Notes: a model not told the origin generated them from the sequence alone. Numbered from the stretch's first letter, positions 8,563-21,700 are shown. The stretch: DNA of 64,000 nucleotides from an uncultured Bacillales bacterium (GCA_946409515.1 CAMJWS010000004.1:36013-100012); one strand, 5' to 3'. Made by a program: numbers and translations.

Positions 8563-10641
8563 TTAGCGAGCGATATTTCCCGCTTTTTTCAAAATTTCAT
8601 CTTGAACGTATCTTGGTGTTTCACCGTAGTGATCAAATTGCATGACGTAGTTGCCTCTACCTTGAGTCATACTACGTAAGTCGGTGACGTAACCAAACAT
8701 TTCGCTCAATGGTACTTCCGCTTCGATAATCTTAGCGTTAGCTCTTTGAGATTCACCAGTCATTTGTCCTCTTCTACGAGAGATATCACCTAAGACATCA
8801 CCATAGTATTGTTCTGGGACAGTAACTTCAATCTTCATGATTGGTTCTAAGATAACTGGTTGACATTTTTTAGCAGCTTCTTTTAAGGCCATAGAAGCAG
8901 CAATTTTGTAAGCCGCTTCAGAGGAGTCGACATCGTGGTAACTACCATCATAGAGAGTAGCTTTGATATCGATGACTGGGAAGCCTGCAATCATACCTCT
9001 GTTGAGGGCATCTTTTAAGCCTTCTTCAGTTGGTTTGATGTATTCCTTTGGAACAGTGCCGCCAACGATGGCATCGACGAATTCAAAGCCTTTGCCTTCG
9101 TTTGGTTCGAAGCGGATCCAAACGTGACCGTATTGACCACGGCCACCACTTTGACGGACGTATTTACCTTCACATTCGCCCATAGCCTTAATTGTTTCAC
9201 GATATTCGACTTGAGGAGCACCAACGTTAACTTGAACGTTGAATTCTCTCTTCATTCTATCGACGATGATGTCTAAGTGTAATTCACCAACACCAGCGAT
9301 TAAGGTTTGGCCTGTTTCAGGATTTGTTCTCACACGGAAGGTTGGATCTTCTTCGGCGAGTTTTTGTAAGGCGGTGTTCATCTTTTCTTGGTCAGCCTTT
9401 GTTTTTGGTTCAACAGCTTCTTCAATAACTGGAGCTGGGAATTCCATCTTCTCTAAGACGATGGTATTGCCGACATCACAGAGGGTGTCACCAGTGATTG
9501 TGCTCTTTAAACCAACGACCGCACCGATGTCACCAGCGTGAAGTTCTGGAACTTCTTGACGGTGATTAGAGTGCATTAAGACGACACGGCCAATTCTTTC
9601 TTTCACACCTTTGGTGGAGTTATAGACATAGCTACCTGATTTTAATGTACCACTATAGACACGGACATAGGCTAAACGGCCAATGAATGGGTCAGTAGCA
9701 ATCTTGAAGGCTAAGCAAGCAAGAGGAGCGTTGTCATCTGGTTCGCATGTAACTTCATTGCCACGATCATCTGTACCTTTCGCATGAGCGATATCTAATG
9801 GGGATGGTAAGTAATCAATAACACCATCTAATAAAGGTTGAACGTTTTTATTCTTGTAGGCGGAACCACAGAAGACTGGGTGGAATTCACCAGTTAAAAC
9901 TGCTTTACGAATGACAGCTTTGGTTGTTTCTTCGTCTGGTTCTTGACCTTCTAAGACCATCATGAGGATGTCTTCATCGAAGTTAGATAAAGCTTCGAAT
10001 AATTTTTGTCTGAGTTCGAGGAGTTTTTCTTGATATTCTTCTGGAACTGGGACTTCATGTGGTTCTTCGTTCACATCAGAAGCATAAACATATGCTTTTT
10101 GTGTGATGACATCAATCCAACCCTTTAAGGAGGATTCAATGCCGATTGGGTATTGGACAGCTTCCGCATTAGCGCCTAAACGTTCTCTTAAGGAACGAAC
10201 AGACATTTCGTAGTCCGCACCGATAGCGTCGAGTTTGTTAACGAAGACGATACGTGGGACACCATATTTGGAACCTTGTCTCCAAACTGTTTCAGTTTGT
10301 GGTTCGACACCATTCTTACCGTCTAAGACAGTGATAGCACCATCTAAGACACGGAGAGATCTTTCAACTTCGACTGTGAAGTCGACGTGTCCAGGAGTGT
10401 CGATAATGTTGATACGATTACCTTTCCAAGTAGCTGTTGTAGCAGCAGATGTAATGGTAATACCTCTTTCTTGTTCTTGTTCCATCCAGTCCATTGTCGC
10501 GGAACCTTCGTGGGTTTCGCCAATTTTGTGGATTTTACCAGTGAAGTAGAGAATACGTTCGGTTGTTGTGGTTTTACCAGCATCGATGTGAGCCATGATA
10601 CCGATATTGCGTGTATGTGCTAGATCATATTCGCGTGCCAT
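8563..10641 (-). CDS. fusA: Elongation factor G
   Basis: [32 protein letters not shown]..., 692 aa. Confidence 0.97.
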   Translation of the reverse strand: MAREYDLAHTRNIGIMAHIDAGKTTTTERILYFTGKIHKIGETHEGSATMDWMEQEQERGITITSAATTATWKGNRINIIDTPGHVDFTVEVERSLRVLDGAITVLDGKNGVEPQTETVWRQGSKYGVPRIVFVNKLDAIGADYEMSVRSLRERLGANAEAVQYPIGIESSLKGWIDVITQKAYVYASDVNEEPHEVPVPEEYQEKLLELRQKLFEALSNFDEDILMMVLEGQEPDEETTKAVIRKAVLTGEFHPVFCGSAYKNKNVQPLLDGVIDYLPSPLDIAHAKGTDDRGNEVTCEPDDNAPLACLAFKIATDPFIGRLAYVRVYSGTLKSGSYVYNSTKGVKERIGRVVLMHSNHRQEVPELHAGDIGAVVGLKSTITGDTLCDVGNTIVLEKMEFPAPVIEEAVEPKTKADQEKMNTALQKLAEEDPTFRVRTNPETGQTLIAGVGELHLDIIVDRMKREFNVQVNVGAPQVEYRETIKAMGECEGKYVRQSGGRGQYGHVWIRFEPNEGKGFEFVDAIVGGTVPKEYIKPTEEGLKDALNRGMIAGFPVIDIKATLYDGSYHDVDSSEAAYKIAASMALKEAAKKCQPVILEPIMKIEVTVPEQYYGDVLGDISRRRGQMTGESQRANAKIIEAEVPLSEMFGYVTDLRSMTQGRGNYVMQFDHYGETPRYVQDEILKKAGNIAR

Positions 10642-10661
10642 ATTCTAATACTCCTAACTGA

Positions 10662-11129
10662 TTACCAACGATAATGTGAGTAAGCTTTATTAGCTTCTGC
10701 CATTTTGTGGGTGTCTTCTCTTTTCTTAACTGACGCACCTGTGCCGTTAGCGGCATCAATGATTTCGTTAGCTAAGCGGTCTTGCATGGTTTTTTCATTT
10801 CTTAAACGTGAATAGCTGACTAACCATCTTAAACCTAATGTAACTTTTCTTTCTGGGGAGACTTCGGTTGGAACTGGGAAGTTCGCACCACCGACTCTTC
10901 TCATCTTAAGTTCGACTTCTGGCATGATGTTGTTGATGGCTGTCGCGAAGACGTCCATTGCTGGTTTGCCAGTTTTTTCCTCGATTTTCTTAAAAGCACT
11001 GTAGAGAATGTTTTGAGCGGTGCCTTTCTTACCATCGAGCATAATTTTGTTGATTAAACGTGTGACTAACTTTGAGTTGTAAATTGGATCTGGTAAGACA
11101 TCACGTTTGGTTGGATTTCCTTTACGCAT
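10662..11129 (-). CDS. rpsG: 30S ribosomal protein S7
   Basis: 155 aa, S7 family sequence, located between rpsL and fusA (str operon order). Confidence 0.93.
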   Translation of the reverse strand: MRKGNPTKRDVLPDPIYNSKLVTRLINKIMLDGKKGTAQNILYSAFKKIEEKTGKPAMDVFATAINNIMPEVELKMRRVGGANFPVPTEVSPERKVTLGLRWLVSYSRLRNEKTMQDRLANEIIDAANGTGASVKKREDTHKMAEANKAYSHYRW

Positions 11130-11145
11130 AACTGTTTCTTACCTC

Positions 11146-11565
11146 CTATTCTTCACCTTTTGGTTTCTTGGTACCGTATAAGCTACGACCTTGACGTCTG
11201 GCTTCGATACCCGCACAGTCTAATGTACCTCTAACGATGTGATAACGCACACCTGGGAGGTCTTTAACACGGCCGCCTCTAATGATGACGGTACTGTGTT
11301 CTTGTAAGTTATGACCTTCACCACCGATATAAGCAGTGACTTCGTAACCATTACTTAATCTAACACGAGCGTATTTTCTTAAAGCTGAGTTAGGTTTCTT
11401 TGGTGTCATTGTACCAACACGGGTGCAAACGCCACGTTTTTGCGCTGCAGGTTGTGCTGTTTCTTTTTTCTTCAAAGAATTCCATCTTTGACCAAGAGCA
11501 GGGGCTTTAGACTTGAATGTCTTATTTTGTCTGCCTTGACGCACTAATTGGTTAATTGTTGGCAT
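11146..11565 (-). CDS. rpsL: 30S ribosomal protein S12
   Basis: [15 protein letters not shown]...[28 protein letters not shown]... Start ATG at 11565 with AAGGAG RBS. The longer listed ORF (start 11679) is an unsupported 5' extension. Confidence 0.93.
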   Translation of the reverse strand: MPTINQLVRQGRQNKTFKSKAPALGQRWNSLKKKETAQPAAQKRGVCTRVGTMTPKKPNSALRKYARVRLSNGYEVTAYIGGEGHNLQEHSTVIIRGGRVKDLPGVRYHIVRGTLDCAGIEARRQGRSLYGTKKPKGEE

Positions 11566-11765
11566 AATTGCTCCTTTCAATAACTGTTTCATAATGTGCG
11601 CACCACAGTACCTGGTGTATCGGTACTTTCCCATTAAAAACGACCGAAATTGGTCTGGGTGTGATTTGCACACGCTCATATATAATATATAAGGATTAAA
11701 ATACGCGCAATAAAAAATATAAAATACTACACACTAGTCCTGGTGTGTCATATGTTTAAAATGTA

Positions 11766-11795
11766 ATAAAAAGAGCTACATTAAGTAGCCCTATT
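11766..11795 (-). terminator. Intrinsic terminator downstream of acpP
   Basis: Minus-strand RNA ...GGGCUACuuaauGUAGCUCuuuuuauuac: a 7-bp stem with one mismatch followed by a U-tract. Confidence 0.45.
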
Positions 11796-11814
11796 TCTTA
11801 TTGTTTGTAGTTGA

Positions 11815-12039
11815 TTATTTCTTATTAGCCTCAAGGTAATCAACGACGTCTTTAACGGTCACAAAGTTCATTGGTTCATCAAATGTCACACCGTATTCAT
11901 CTTCGATGGCCATCGCAAACATCATAATACCTAAGGAGTCAAAATGGAGATCATCCACGAGTTTAGTATCTAAAGTAACGTTATCTAAATTAAGATCTGG
12001 ATCAACGTTTTTCATTAATTCTTTTAATTTTTCTAACAT
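11815..12039 (-). CDS. acpP: Acyl carrier protein
   Basis: 74 aa, DSL phosphopantetheine-attachment motif (LHFDSLGIM). Confidence 0.9.
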   Translation of the reverse strand: MLEKLKELMKNVDPDLNLDNVTLDTKLVDDLHFDSLGIMMFAMAIEDEYGVTFDEPMNFVTVKDVVDYLEANKK

Positions 12040-12086
12040 GATTATTTACCTCAACTTCAATAGTTTACCAAAATCGTAAACTTCTA

Positions 12087-13085
12087 TCAACGGAGAGCAT
12101 CGTTTCTTTGCTCTTGTGTTAAGACTGCTTCACCACTAGCGTGATTAAGCATCATTCTGGAAATATTGACGATTGCTCTTTCATCAGAATTACCACGCGC
12201 TTTAATAATAAGTTTGCGCGCGCCTAACACTAAACCACCACCTAAAGCGGAGATATCATAAGACTTCATTAAGTATTGAGCAACTTCCATGAATTCTGGT
12301 CTTTCTCTCTTTTTAGAGAGCTTAACGATATCGGTAATTAATTGTCTAGCGACACCTTCAACGTTCTTAAGAACTTGGTTACCCGCGAAGCCATCACAAA
12401 CGATGACATCAGCGTCACCAGTTAAAGTTTGGTTACCTTCAATATTGCCAATGAAGTTAATAGTTTCATCTTCTTTTAGAAGAGGATATGTTTCTTTCAC
12501 TAAGTGGTTACCTTTAGTGGCTTCTGCACCATTAGAGAGTAAAGCGACACGTGGAGATTCGATCTTATACATCTTTTTCATCAAATCAGAGCCTAAACGG
12601 GCGAATGAGTGCAATTGTCCAGCGGAGCAATCAATTGTGGCACCTGTGTCCACTACGCAGCTGTATGCGCCTTTTCCGTTAGGAAGAACAGCGGCCATAC
12701 ATGGTCTGGTTTTATTTTCGTCACTTAAGAATCTAAAACTACCCATGAGAATAGCCCCACTGTTACCAGCGGTAATCATACCAGCGTAGTTCTCTTCTTC
12801 TTTGCCCACTTCTTTCATCGCTTGGACTAAAGAAGCGTTTGGTTTATTCATAATTCCTGTATAAGGATTTTCATAATTAGTAATTGTTTCTTCCGCATTA
12901 ATAACTTTAATACGGCTCATGTCTAAGCCTAATTCATCCTTCTTTTCGTTAACGAGAGCCTTGGGACCGACAAGAGTGATAAATAAGTTAGGAAATTCTT
13001 TTAACGCTAAAGAGGCGCCTAAAAGGACTGTTTCTGGACCTTTATCGGAGCCTAATAAATCGATAACTATTTTATATTGTTCCAT
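12087..13085 (-). CDS. plsX: Phosphate acyltransferase PlsX
   Basis: MEQYKIVIDLLGSDKGPE... PlsX family. Start at 13085 with AAAGGAAG RBS. Confidence 0.9.
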   Translation of the reverse strand: MEQYKIVIDLLGSDKGPETVLLGASLALKEFPNLFITLVGPKALVNEKKDELGLDMSRIKVINAEETITNYENPYTGIMNKPNASLVQAMKEVGKEEENYAGMITAGNSGAILMGSFRFLSDENKTRPCMAAVLPNGKGAYSCVVDTGATIDCSAGQLHSFARLGSDLMKKMYKIESPRVALLSNGAEATKGNHLVKETYPLLKEDETINFIGNIEGNQTLTGDADVIVCDGFAGNQVLKNVEGVARQLITDIVKLSKKRERPEFMEVAQYLMKSYDISALGGGLVLGARKLIIKARGNSDERAIVNISRMMLNHASGEAVLTQEQRNDALR

Positions 13086-13153
13086 AATATACTTCCTTTT
13101 GCGGAAGTTATTATAGCACATCTAACGTTTAACTTGTTAAAAATGAAGGAATA

Positions 13154-14104
13154 TTAGCCGTTTACTTCGGTTAAAGTCTCAATATAAGTGCGAACATTGC
13201 TATATATATTTTCGCCGACATTGTAGACATTTTTATCATTGCCAGCAATTTGGATTCGCATATGTCCACTTCTATAAAGGATGATTTTCACACACTCAAT
13301 ATTAAATGTGTTTAATTTGAAAGGCATAGTAACAACACTTTCGCCTTGGCCTAGTGTATATGTTGTGACACTAGCGGAGCCAGTATCGGTAAATAAATAA
13401 GAATTAATAGTTGCGGTATCCGCACCTGTGTAATATTTGTTTTTTGGTTGATCATCAAATATCACAATCTTTTGATTTGCGATTGATGAATCACTCATAA
13501 ATGGAATCTTGTTTAAGAAATCATCAATTGTGGAGAATGTGATATCTTCATTAAAGCAAGCATAAATATGAGAATCATTAGAATATTTCGCGGCTATAAA
13601 TACTTCAGAAGAATAATTCTTAATCTCATAGATTGCGACACTTGTATTTTGATAAGTACTCTCAATAATTAAATTACCTAGGTTTTCTTCTTGGACAGTA
13701 GCGTACATGCTACTTGACTGCCCACTACCACTACCTTTACTGCCAGTTGCTATAAAGGCATAATCAACATCGTTAACACGGATGGATTGTTTGTTGGCAG
13801 GGGCTGTGCTTGATTCTTTTAGGCCCTTTTCAGCACTAGTATCTTGTCCTTGCTGAGTATGATTGGAAACATCATTGTTTTTGCCTGGTGATTGAGGGGC
13901 ACGACCACCCATACCAAAACCATTAATAAGGCCAACGAAAGCTACGACAGCGACTGCGGCCACTAAAGATGCAGGGACCATAATTTTGCCCCATAAAGGT
14001 ATTCTAGAGAAGAATGATGGTTTATTAACGTGATATGGATTATGCGCAAACTTATCAAGTTTTTGCATACCGCGTTTTCTCAGTTTCTTTTCAATATCGT
14101 TCAT
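13154..14104 (-). CDS. Putative membrane anti-sigma factor (cytoplasmic N-terminus, single TM, ~230-aa extracytoplasmic domain)
   Basis: ATG at 14104 lies 1 nt after the stop of the upstream sigma factor gene (TAA at 14108..14106), so the two are translationally coupled. MNDIEKKLRKRG...KIMVPASLVAAVAVVAFVGLING (TM) is followed by a Ser/Gly/Thr-rich ecto-domain. Confidence 0.5.
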   Translation of the reverse strand: MNDIEKKLRKRGMQKLDKFAHNPYHVNKPSFFSRIPLWGKIMVPASLVAAVAVVAFVGLINGFGMGGRAPQSPGKNNDVSNHTQQGQDTSAEKGLKESSTAPANKQSIRVNDVDYAFIATGSKGSGSGQSSSMYATVQEENLGNLIIESTYQNTSVAIYEIKNYSSEVFIAAKYSNDSHIYACFNEDITFSTIDDFLNKIPFMSDSSIANQKIVIFDDQPKNKYYTGADTATINSYLFTDTGSASVTTYTLGQGESVVTMPFKLNTFNIECVKIILYRSGHMRIQIAGNDKNVYNVGENIYSNVRTYIETLTEVNG

Positions 14105-14105
14105 C

Positions 14106-14603
14106 TTAACGTAGCTCCTTTCTGAGTTTCTCAAGTGCCTCAGCATATAGCTTTCTAGCGGTGCTTTCTTTAATACCTGTAAGTTCCACGATTTCTGGCC
14201 AGGTATATTGGAAAACAGCCTTGTAATAAGTGACAATAGTCTCCTTATTAGTGAGGAGAGGTTCTAACATATTGAGCATGACGTTATATTGGTCAGTTTC
14301 ACCATACATCTCATCAATGACTTCACTATTAGCGATTTCTCTTTTCTTTTTTAAGAAATCAAGGGCTTGGTTTCTTGCGATTGCGGTTAAGTATGTCTTT
14401 AAGTTACTAGGATCTTTAATGTTACTTCTAGAATTAATGGCCTTAATGAAGGACTCACTTAAAACATCTTCACAATCTTCTGGAAGAGAGATATAGGAGG
14501 CGATAACGAAGTACATCAGATTTTTGTATTCGTCATAAACCTCACCGATCGCTTCTTGATTACCTAGGATGAAGCCTTGGATGGTTTTTGATGAAATGCT
14601 CAT
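14106..14603 (-). CDS. ECF-type (group 4) RNA polymerase sigma factor
   Basis: 166 aa with sigma-70 region 2 (...YLTAIARNQALDFLKKK) and a region-4 HTH (TWPEIVELTGIKESTARKLYAEALEKL). ATG at 14603 with GAGAGG RBS. Confidence 0.75.
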   Translation of the reverse strand: MSISSKTIQGFILGNQEAIGEVYDEYKNLMYFVIASYISLPEDCEDVLSESFIKAINSRSNIKDPSNLKTYLTAIARNQALDFLKKKREIANSEVIDEMYGETDQYNVMLNMLEPLLTNKETIVTYYKAVFQYTWPEIVELTGIKESTARKLYAEALEKLRKELR

Positions 14604-14631
14604 TTGCACCTCTCACTTATTAAGACGAATT

Positions 14632-14661
14632 AGAATAGAAAAACTGTTATTTTTTATTCAA
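14632..14661 (-). promoter_or_regulatory. Candidate promoter for the sigma/anti-sigma pair (TTGAAT, 18-nt spacer, TATTCT)
   Basis: Minus-strand hexamers located by reverse complement, positioned about 25 nt upstream of the sigma factor start. Confidence 0.3.
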
Positions 14662-14743
14662 TTATTCATTATTGATTATCTAATTTATCGATAACCACTT
14701 GTTATTTTCTCAAATAGATTTTTTATTTTCAATAAGTATAGGC

Positions 14744-14776
14744 ACAAAAAAAGAGTCACCCATTTGGATGACTCTT
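14744..14776 (-). terminator. Intrinsic terminator downstream of rpoC
   Basis: Plus-strand aaaaaaaAGAGTCAcccatttggaTGACTCTt. The minus-strand RNA forms an 8-bp stem followed by U7. Confidence 0.7.
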
Positions 14777-14793
14777 ATTATTTAATAGTTCAA

Positions 14794-17700
14794 CTACTTC
14801 TTATCTTCGTCTAAGACACGAATCTTTTCGTTAATTTCTTTAACTTTTCTTTCGTGTTCTTCAACGTATCTATCACTGACTTCTCTCATAGTTTCTAAGA
14901 CATCGAAATTATTGGAGATTTCATCAGAAACAGAATCGTTCACTAAGCCACGACCCGCTGGGATAAGGTGACCTGTGATGACGTTTTCTTTTAAGCCGTG
15001 TAAGTAGTCAGTTTTGCCTTTAATAGCGGCATCTGTTAAGACACGGGTTGTTTCTTGGAAGGAAGCCGCGGAGAGGAATGATTCTGTTTCCAAAGCGGAC
15101 TTTGTAATACCAAGAATTAATGGTGAGAAGACGGCTGGGTGTTTGCCACTTAAGATGGCATCAGTGTTCTTCGCGGTGAAGGTGTTAACGTTCACACGTG
15201 TACCACTTAACATATCGGTATCACCAGCTTCAATGACTAAGACTTTTCTTAACATTTGTCTGACGATAACTTCGATGTGCTTATCGGAAATACCGATGGA
15301 TTGAGCACTATAAACCTTTTGGACTTCTTTTAAGATGTAGTTTTCCACCGCTGTCACATCAGCGACTTCGAGTAACTTCTTAGGTGAGATAGCGCCTTCA
15401 GTGATCTTGCCACCATTTTTGACAAAGTCACCTTTCTTGACTCTTAATCTCGCACCGAAGTTTGTGGTGTATTCTTTTTCATCAAGATCGTTCTTAACGG
15501 TCACTAAGTAGCAACCATTCTTTTCTTCAATCTTGGTGACTGTACCAGAGATTTCACTAATTAAAGCTTCGCCCTTTGGAGTACGAGCTTCGAATAATTC
15601 TTGAACACGAGGTAAACCTTGAGTAATATCGGAGCCCGCAACACCACCGGTGTGGAATGTTCTCATGGTTAATTGTGTACCTGGTTCACCAATTGATTGA
15701 GCAGCCATAATACCAACTGCTTCACCAACTTGAACTCTTCTACCTGTCGCTAAGTTACGACCATAGCAGTGTACGCAAACGCCATCTTTTGTTTCACAAC
15801 CGAATAAGTTACGAATGACAACGGATTTAATACCAGCGTTGACGATAGCTTTAGCTTCGTCTTCGTGAATCATGGTGTTGCCCTTAACGATGACTTCACC
15901 AGTTTGTGGATTAACGACATCATTGAGAGCGAAACGGCCAACTAAACGATCTTCGAGTTTGACGATGACGGCATCTCTAGCGGAGTCTCTGATTTCAAAG
16001 ACTTCGAAGCCGTGGTCAGTACCACAGTCTTCTTCTCTAACGATAACATCTTGAGAAACATCGACTAATCTTCTAGTTAAGTAACCAGAGTCAGCGGTCT
16101 TTAACGCGGTATCAGCACCACCCTTACGAGCACCGTGGGTGGCGATAAAGAATTCGGACACGTTCATACCTTCACGGAAACATGATTTAACTGGGAGTTC
16201 GATAGTAGAACCAGAGGTACTACCCATCAAGCCTCTCATACCGGCTAATTGGAGAATATTGGAGATATTACCACGAGCACCGGAATCAGACATCATGAAG
16301 ATTGGGTTACGTGTATCTTGTTTGAATTGAACTTCAAGTTTCTTTTGAACTTGGTCTTTTACGTTTTCCCAAACGCTGACGACTTGTTTATGTCTTTCTT
16401 CGTTGGTCAACATACCCATTTCATATAATTCTTTTAAGTTAGCGACTTTGTTATCACCATCTTTTAAGATTTCTTCTTTGCCTTTAACAGCGTGGATATC
16501 ACTTAAGGAGACGGTTAAGCCGGCGACTGTAGAATAATGGAAGCCTTGGTCTTTAATCTTATCCAACACAGCGGATGTCTTTGGATTACCTTGACGATCG
16601 TAACGTTGGAAGATTTCGTTAATGATAAGACCTAATTCTTTCTTCTTGAATGGTTTTAAGATTGGGCGAGAAGCAATGAATTCAGGAATATTTGTACCAC
16701 GTGGGGCGAAATATGTCTTGACCACTTCTTGGTCGCCTCTTAAGGAAGCACCACTTACTTCGTTTAAATATGGGAAGTCACTTGGGAAGATTAAGTTGAA
16801 GATTACTTTACCAACAGAAGTGATTAAGTAGCTCTTATTTTGTTCTTCTGTGAAATCCTTCTTCATCATCGCACTACCTAATAAGGCAATACGGTTATGT
16901 AAGTGAACTTGTTTTGTTTGATAAGCTCTAATGACATCATCGACGTCTTTGAAGACTTTACCTTCACTAGCAGCATAGAGTTCATATCTTTCGGCTTCTT
17001 CTTCATCTTTACGAGCATGTAACTCTTTAGCGATTCTTAAGAAGTCTTCTTTTGTGCTTTCAAGTGTTAAATAGTAGTTACCAATAACCATGTCTTGGGA
17101 TGGTGTAACGATTGGTTTACCATCTTTAGGACCAAGAATGTTATTAGAGGCTAACATTAAGTGTAAAGCTTCTTCTTGAGCGGCTTTAGATAATGGGACG
17201 TGAACGGCCATTTGGTCACCATCGAAGTCAGCGTTGAAACCGGTACAAACGAGTGGGTGTAAACGGATGGCACGACCATCAACTAAGATTGGTTGGAAGG
17301 CTTGGATACCAAGTCTATGTAATGTAGGAGCACGGTTTAATAAAACTGGGTGCTTAGAAATGATTTCTTCGACGATATCGAAGACGACATCATCGTATCT
17401 ATCAATGATCTTATCGGCTTGTTTATGCGCGTTAGCGACACCTCTCTTTAAGAGTTCACAAGCGATAAATGGTCTTAATAATTGAATGGCCATTTCTCTT
17501 GGTAAACCACATTGATACATCTTTAAGAATGGACCAACAGCGATAACGGAACGACCAGAGTAGTCGACACGTTTACCAAGTAAGTTTTGTCTGAAACGAC
17601 CTTGTTTACCTTTAAGTGCACTGCTTAAGGACTTAAGGGCACGACCACCAGGACCTTGGACTGGTTTATTTCTTCTGCCGTTATCAATTAAAGCGTCAAC

Positions 17701-18720
17701 AGCTTCTTGAAGCATACGTTTTTCGTTCATCAAGATAACTTGAGGAGAATTCATGTCAATTAACTTCTTTAAACGGTTATTACGGGAGATAACTCTACGA
17801 TATAAGTCGTTTAGGTCGGAGGTAGCAAATCTACCACCATCGAGTTGTAACATTGGTCTTAAATCTGGTGGAATGACTGGAATGACATCCAAGATCATCC
17901 ATTCAGGCCTATTGTCAGAGTTACGGAATGCTTCAATAACTTCTAATCTCTTAGTAAGTTTTTGACGAGATGTGGATTTTGTTTCCTTCATCTTCTTATT
18001 GATTTCCGCGGCTTCTTTATCTAAGTCGACTTCTTGTAAAAGTCTCTTAATCGCAGCGGCACCTTCAGAGAATTCCGCACCTGTATATTTGTTAATGAAT
18101 CTAGCGACGGTTTGGAAGTCGAAGACTTCACCATGGTTTTCCATTCTGGCGATTAATTCTTCACTTCTGGCCCAATCATCGCTGCCTTCTTGTAAACCCC
18201 ATTCCGCAGCGTTTTGTTGAATTTCTTTAACGACTGGGATAAAGACTTCACGACCGTTTCTTTCGTTGATGAATTCACGGTATGTGAGGACTGAGGATTT
18301 ACCTGGATTTAAACAGATATGAGCGGCGTAGTATGTGACTTCTTCTAAGTGTTTTGGAGAAACATCTAAGATTAAGCCAATACGGCTTGGGATACCTTTT
18401 AAATACCAAATGTGTGAACATGGGCTAGCAAGTTCAATGTGACCCATTCTTTCTCTTCTAACTTCTTTAGAAGTGACTTCAACGCCACACTTTTCACAAA
18501 CGACACCGGCAAATCTAATTTTCTTATATTTACCACAGTGACATTCATAGTCTTTGCTAGGTCCAAAGATCTTTTCGCAGTATAAACCTTGCATTTCTGG
18601 TTTTTGACTACGATAGTTGATGGTTTCTGGTTTTAATACTTCACCATGACTCCAGCTACGGATGGCTTCAGGGGAGGCTAAACCGACTTTAATCGCTGCT
18701 AATCTTTTAACATCAAACAT
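14794..18720 (-). CDS. rpoC: DNA-directed RNA polymerase subunit beta'
   Basis: 1308 aa; zinc-finger [13 protein letters not shown] and NADFDGD catalytic motif. Confidence 0.97.
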   Translation of the reverse strand: MFDVKRLAAIKVGLASPEAIRSWSHGEVLKPETINYRSQKPEMQGLYCEKIFGPSKDYECHCGKYKKIRFAGVVCEKCGVEVTSKEVRRERMGHIELASPCSHIWYLKGIPSRIGLILDVSPKHLEEVTYYAAHICLNPGKSSVLTYREFINERNGREVFIPVVKEIQQNAAEWGLQEGSDDWARSEELIARMENHGEVFDFQTVARFINKYTGAEFSEGAAAIKRLLQEVDLDKEAAEINKKMKETKSTSRQKLTKRLEVIEAFRNSDNRPEWMILDVIPVIPPDLRPMLQLDGGRFATSDLNDLYRRVISRNNRLKKLIDMNSPQVILMNEKRMLQEAVDALIDNGRRNKPVQGPGGRALKSLSSALKGKQGRFRQNLLGKRVDYSGRSVIAVGPFLKMYQCGLPREMAIQLLRPFIACELLKRGVANAHKQADKIIDRYDDVVFDIVEEIISKHPVLLNRAPTLHRLGIQAFQPILVDGRAIRLHPLVCTGFNADFDGDQMAVHVPLSKAAQEEALHLMLASNNILGPKDGKPIVTPSQDMVIGNYYLTLESTKEDFLRIAKELHARKDEEEAERYELYAASEGKVFKDVDDVIRAYQTKQVHLHNRIALLGSAMMKKDFTEEQNKSYLITSVGKVIFNLIFPSDFPYLNEVSGASLRGDQEVVKTYFAPRGTNIPEFIASRPILKPFKKKELGLIINEIFQRYDRQGNPKTSAVLDKIKDQGFHYSTVAGLTVSLSDIHAVKGKEEILKDGDNKVANLKELYEMGMLTNEERHKQVVSVWENVKDQVQKKLEVQFKQDTRNPIFMMSDSGARGNISNILQLAGMRGLMGSTSGSTIELPVKSCFREGMNVSEFFIATHGARKGGADTALKTADSGYLTRRLVDVSQDVIVREEDCGTDHGFEVFEIRDSARDAVIVKLEDRLVGRFALNDVVNPQTGEVIVKGNTMIHEDEAKAIVNAGIKSVVIRNLFGCETKDGVCVHCYGRNLATGRRVQVGEAVGIMAAQSIGEPGTQLTMRTFHTGGVAGSDITQGLPRVQELFEARTPKGEALISEISGTVTKIEEKNGCYLVTVKNDLDEKEYTTNFGARLRVKKGDFVKNGGKITEGAISPKKLLEVADVTAVENYILKEVQKVYSAQSIGISDKHIEVIVRQMLRKVLVIEAGDTDMLSGTRVNVNTFTAKNTDAILSGKHPAVFSPLILGITKSALETESFLSAASFQETTRVLTDAAIKGKTDYLHGLKENVITGHLIPAGRGLVNDSVSDEISNNFDVLETMREVSDRYVEEHERKVKEINEKIRVLDEDKK

Positions 18721-18734
18721 AATCTTTTATCCTC

Positions 18735-21700
18735 CTATTCTCCGAACACGTCATCCGCTGAGCGGCTTGACATACCAACGGCTTCTTCATCAACAACGGA
18801 ATCGCTACTACTACCATCACCGATAAGATTACGGATGTTAGAGTTGATTCTTCTTTCTTCCTTCTCGGCTTCTTTAGCAAGAGCGTCCATATCGATGGCG
18901 TTACCTTCTTGGTCAAGAAGAGTGACGTTCATGGATAAGGCTTGTAATTCTTTAACTAAAACCTTGAAGGCTTCTGGAATGCCTGGTTTTGGTAATGGTT
19001 GATCTTTAATGATCGCTTCGTAGGTCTTTCTTCTACCGACGCGGTCATCGGATTTAATGGTGATGATTTCTTGTAAGACGTGGGCGGCGCCATAGGCTTC
19101 AAGAGCCCAGACTTCCATTTCACCAAATCTTTGACCACCATTTTGTGCTTTACCACCGAGTGGTTGTTGTGTAACTAAGCTATATGGGCCAGTTGCACGA
19201 GCATGTAATTTATCATCGACCATGTGGACAAGTTTAATCATGTACATACAGCCAACGGTAATTCTTTCATCAAATCTTTCACCGGTTGTACCATCGTAAA
19301 GAATTGTTTTACCGGATGGATCCATTTTGGCTTTTTGCATCATATCCAAGATTTCTTCATTGGTAATACCATCGAAAACTGGAGTGGCAATCTTATAGCC
19401 TAATTGTTTTAAGGCATAGCCTAAATGGACTTCAAGAATTTGACCGATATTCATACGAGATGGAACGCCTAATGGGTTGAGCATGATGTCAACTGGTGTA
19501 CCATCTGGAAGGAATGGCATATCGCATTCTGGTAAGATACGGGAAATAACACCCTTGTTACCATGACGACCAGACATCTTATCACCTTCGGAGATTTTTC
19601 TCTTTTGGACGATATAGACACGGACGACTTCGTTGACACCTGGAGGTAATTCAACGTCTTTGGATTTGCCTTCACGTTTGAAAATCTTAACGTCAAGAAC
19701 GATACCAGCGCCACCGTGAGGAACACGTAAGGAAGCATCTTTACCTTCATTGGTCTTTTCACCAAAGATGGCCATTAATAATTTGCCTTCTGGAGTTGGT
19801 TCGCTTTGGCCACGAGGAGTGACTTTACCGACTAAGATGTCGCCTTCTTTCACTTCTGCGCCTGGAACGATAATACCACGTTCGTCTAAGTTAGCTTTAG
19901 CAGCTTCGCTGACGTTTGGAATATCGCGGGTGATTTCTTCATCACCTAATTTTGGAATGCTTCTGCATTCTAATTCATATTTTTCAATATGGATACTTGT
20001 ATAAACGTCATCTTTCACTAATCTTTCAGACATAATAACGGCGTCTTCATAGTTGTAACCGTTCCATGTCATGAAGGCGATTGTGACGTTTTGACCTAAG
20101 GCTAAGTCACCGTTTTGCATGGCAGGACCATCAGCGATGATTTGACCTTTCTTAACTTTTTGACCAACCTTGACAATGCTTGTTTGGTTAATGCATGTGC
20201 CTTGGTTACTTCTTTCGAATTTTTGAAGTTGGTAGATTCTTGGTTCATTGCTACCTTTTTCTGTCACTTCAATGGTGCGGGAATCGGTATAAGTGACGGT
20301 ACCATCTTCCATGGCGACCACTGCTAAGCCAGAGTCACGGGCAATTTGATGTTCAAGACCAGTACCAACGAATGGAGCGTGTGGTCTTAATAATGGTAAG
20401 GCTTGACGTTGCATGTTAGAACCCATAAGGGCACGCATTGTATCGTCGTTTTCGAGGAATGGGATACAACCCGCAGCGATGGAAACAATTTGTTTTGGGG
20501 AAACGTCGACATAGTCAACATCTTCTCTACTGGCCATAACGTTTTCACCTTTATAACGGGCGATAACTTGTTCATCGAGGATTGTGCCGTCCGCATCAAG
20601 ATTGATGTTAGCTTCAGCGATAACGTAGTCCCATTCTTCATCAGCGGATAAATAAACGGAATCTTCTGGTTCGCTTAAGACACGGCATGTAGCCTTATCC
20701 ACGCGTCTGTATGGAGTTTCAATAAATCCATATTTATTAATTTTCGCGTATGAGGCGAGGTTGTTAATTAAACCGATGTTTTGACCTTCAGGTGTTTCAA
20801 TTGGACAAATACGACCATAGTGAGAAACGTGAACGTCACGAACTTCAGTACTAGCTCTATCTCTAGTTAAACCACCAGGACCTAAAGCGGATAATCTTCT
20901 CTTATTGGTTAATTCAGCGAGAGGATTGGTTTGATCCATGAACTGTGATAATTGAGAGGATGCGAAGAATTCTCTAATACTCGCAGATAATGGACGTGGG
21001 TTGATTAAGGCTTTTGGTTTGACGTTGCCTAAATCAGAAATGGACATCTTTTGTTGGACGGTCTTAACCATTTTGGCTAAGCCTAAACGGAATTGATTTT
21101 GAATCAATTCGCCAACACAACGAATACGTCTATTACCTAAATGGTCGATATCATCGGTATCACCGAATCCATCCATGACATTTAAGAAATAGGAGAAACA
21201 GGCGATGATGTCACTGATTGTCACATAGGAAACTGTGCCATTCAAGTCTGTACCAACAATGTTACAAACTTTCTTTTCACGATCGTTATTGTAGACTTTG
21301 ACAATATTGACAATGCCGTGGTCATCAAGCTTATCGTTGACTTTGAGTTTCTTCATGTGGGCACCCTTTTCGAAGAATTCTTCATCTCTTAACGCGTCGA
21401 CGTCAGCGGCGGTTAAGGTGTAGCCTTTCTTGAAGCGGAGTTCACCGTCAGCGTCGACGAGGTTTTCCGCGAGGGTACGACCAGTTAATCTGTTATACAC
21501 GCCAAGTTTCTTAATGTATTTAAAGCGGCCTGCTCTACCTAAGTCATAGTGTTTGCCATCGAAGAATTTTTGTACTAAGAAATTGATAGTACCTTCTTCA
21601 GTGACTGGTTCACCTGGTTTCATCTTCTTGAAGATTTCCACTAAGGCAGCTTTAGCTGTTTTGATTTTTTGATCATCATCTTTAGCTAAAGTGACTTTGA

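Noticed and set aside
11566-11679. 5' extension of the rpsL ORF ([11 protein letters not shown]...)
   Set aside because: The extension has no homology to S12 and no RBS. The canonical S12 N-terminus MPTINQLVR begins at ATG 11565, preceded by AAGGAG.
12289-12789. 166-aa plus-strand ORF antisense to plsX
   Set aside because: It lies opposite a well-supported conserved gene and has no translation signals.
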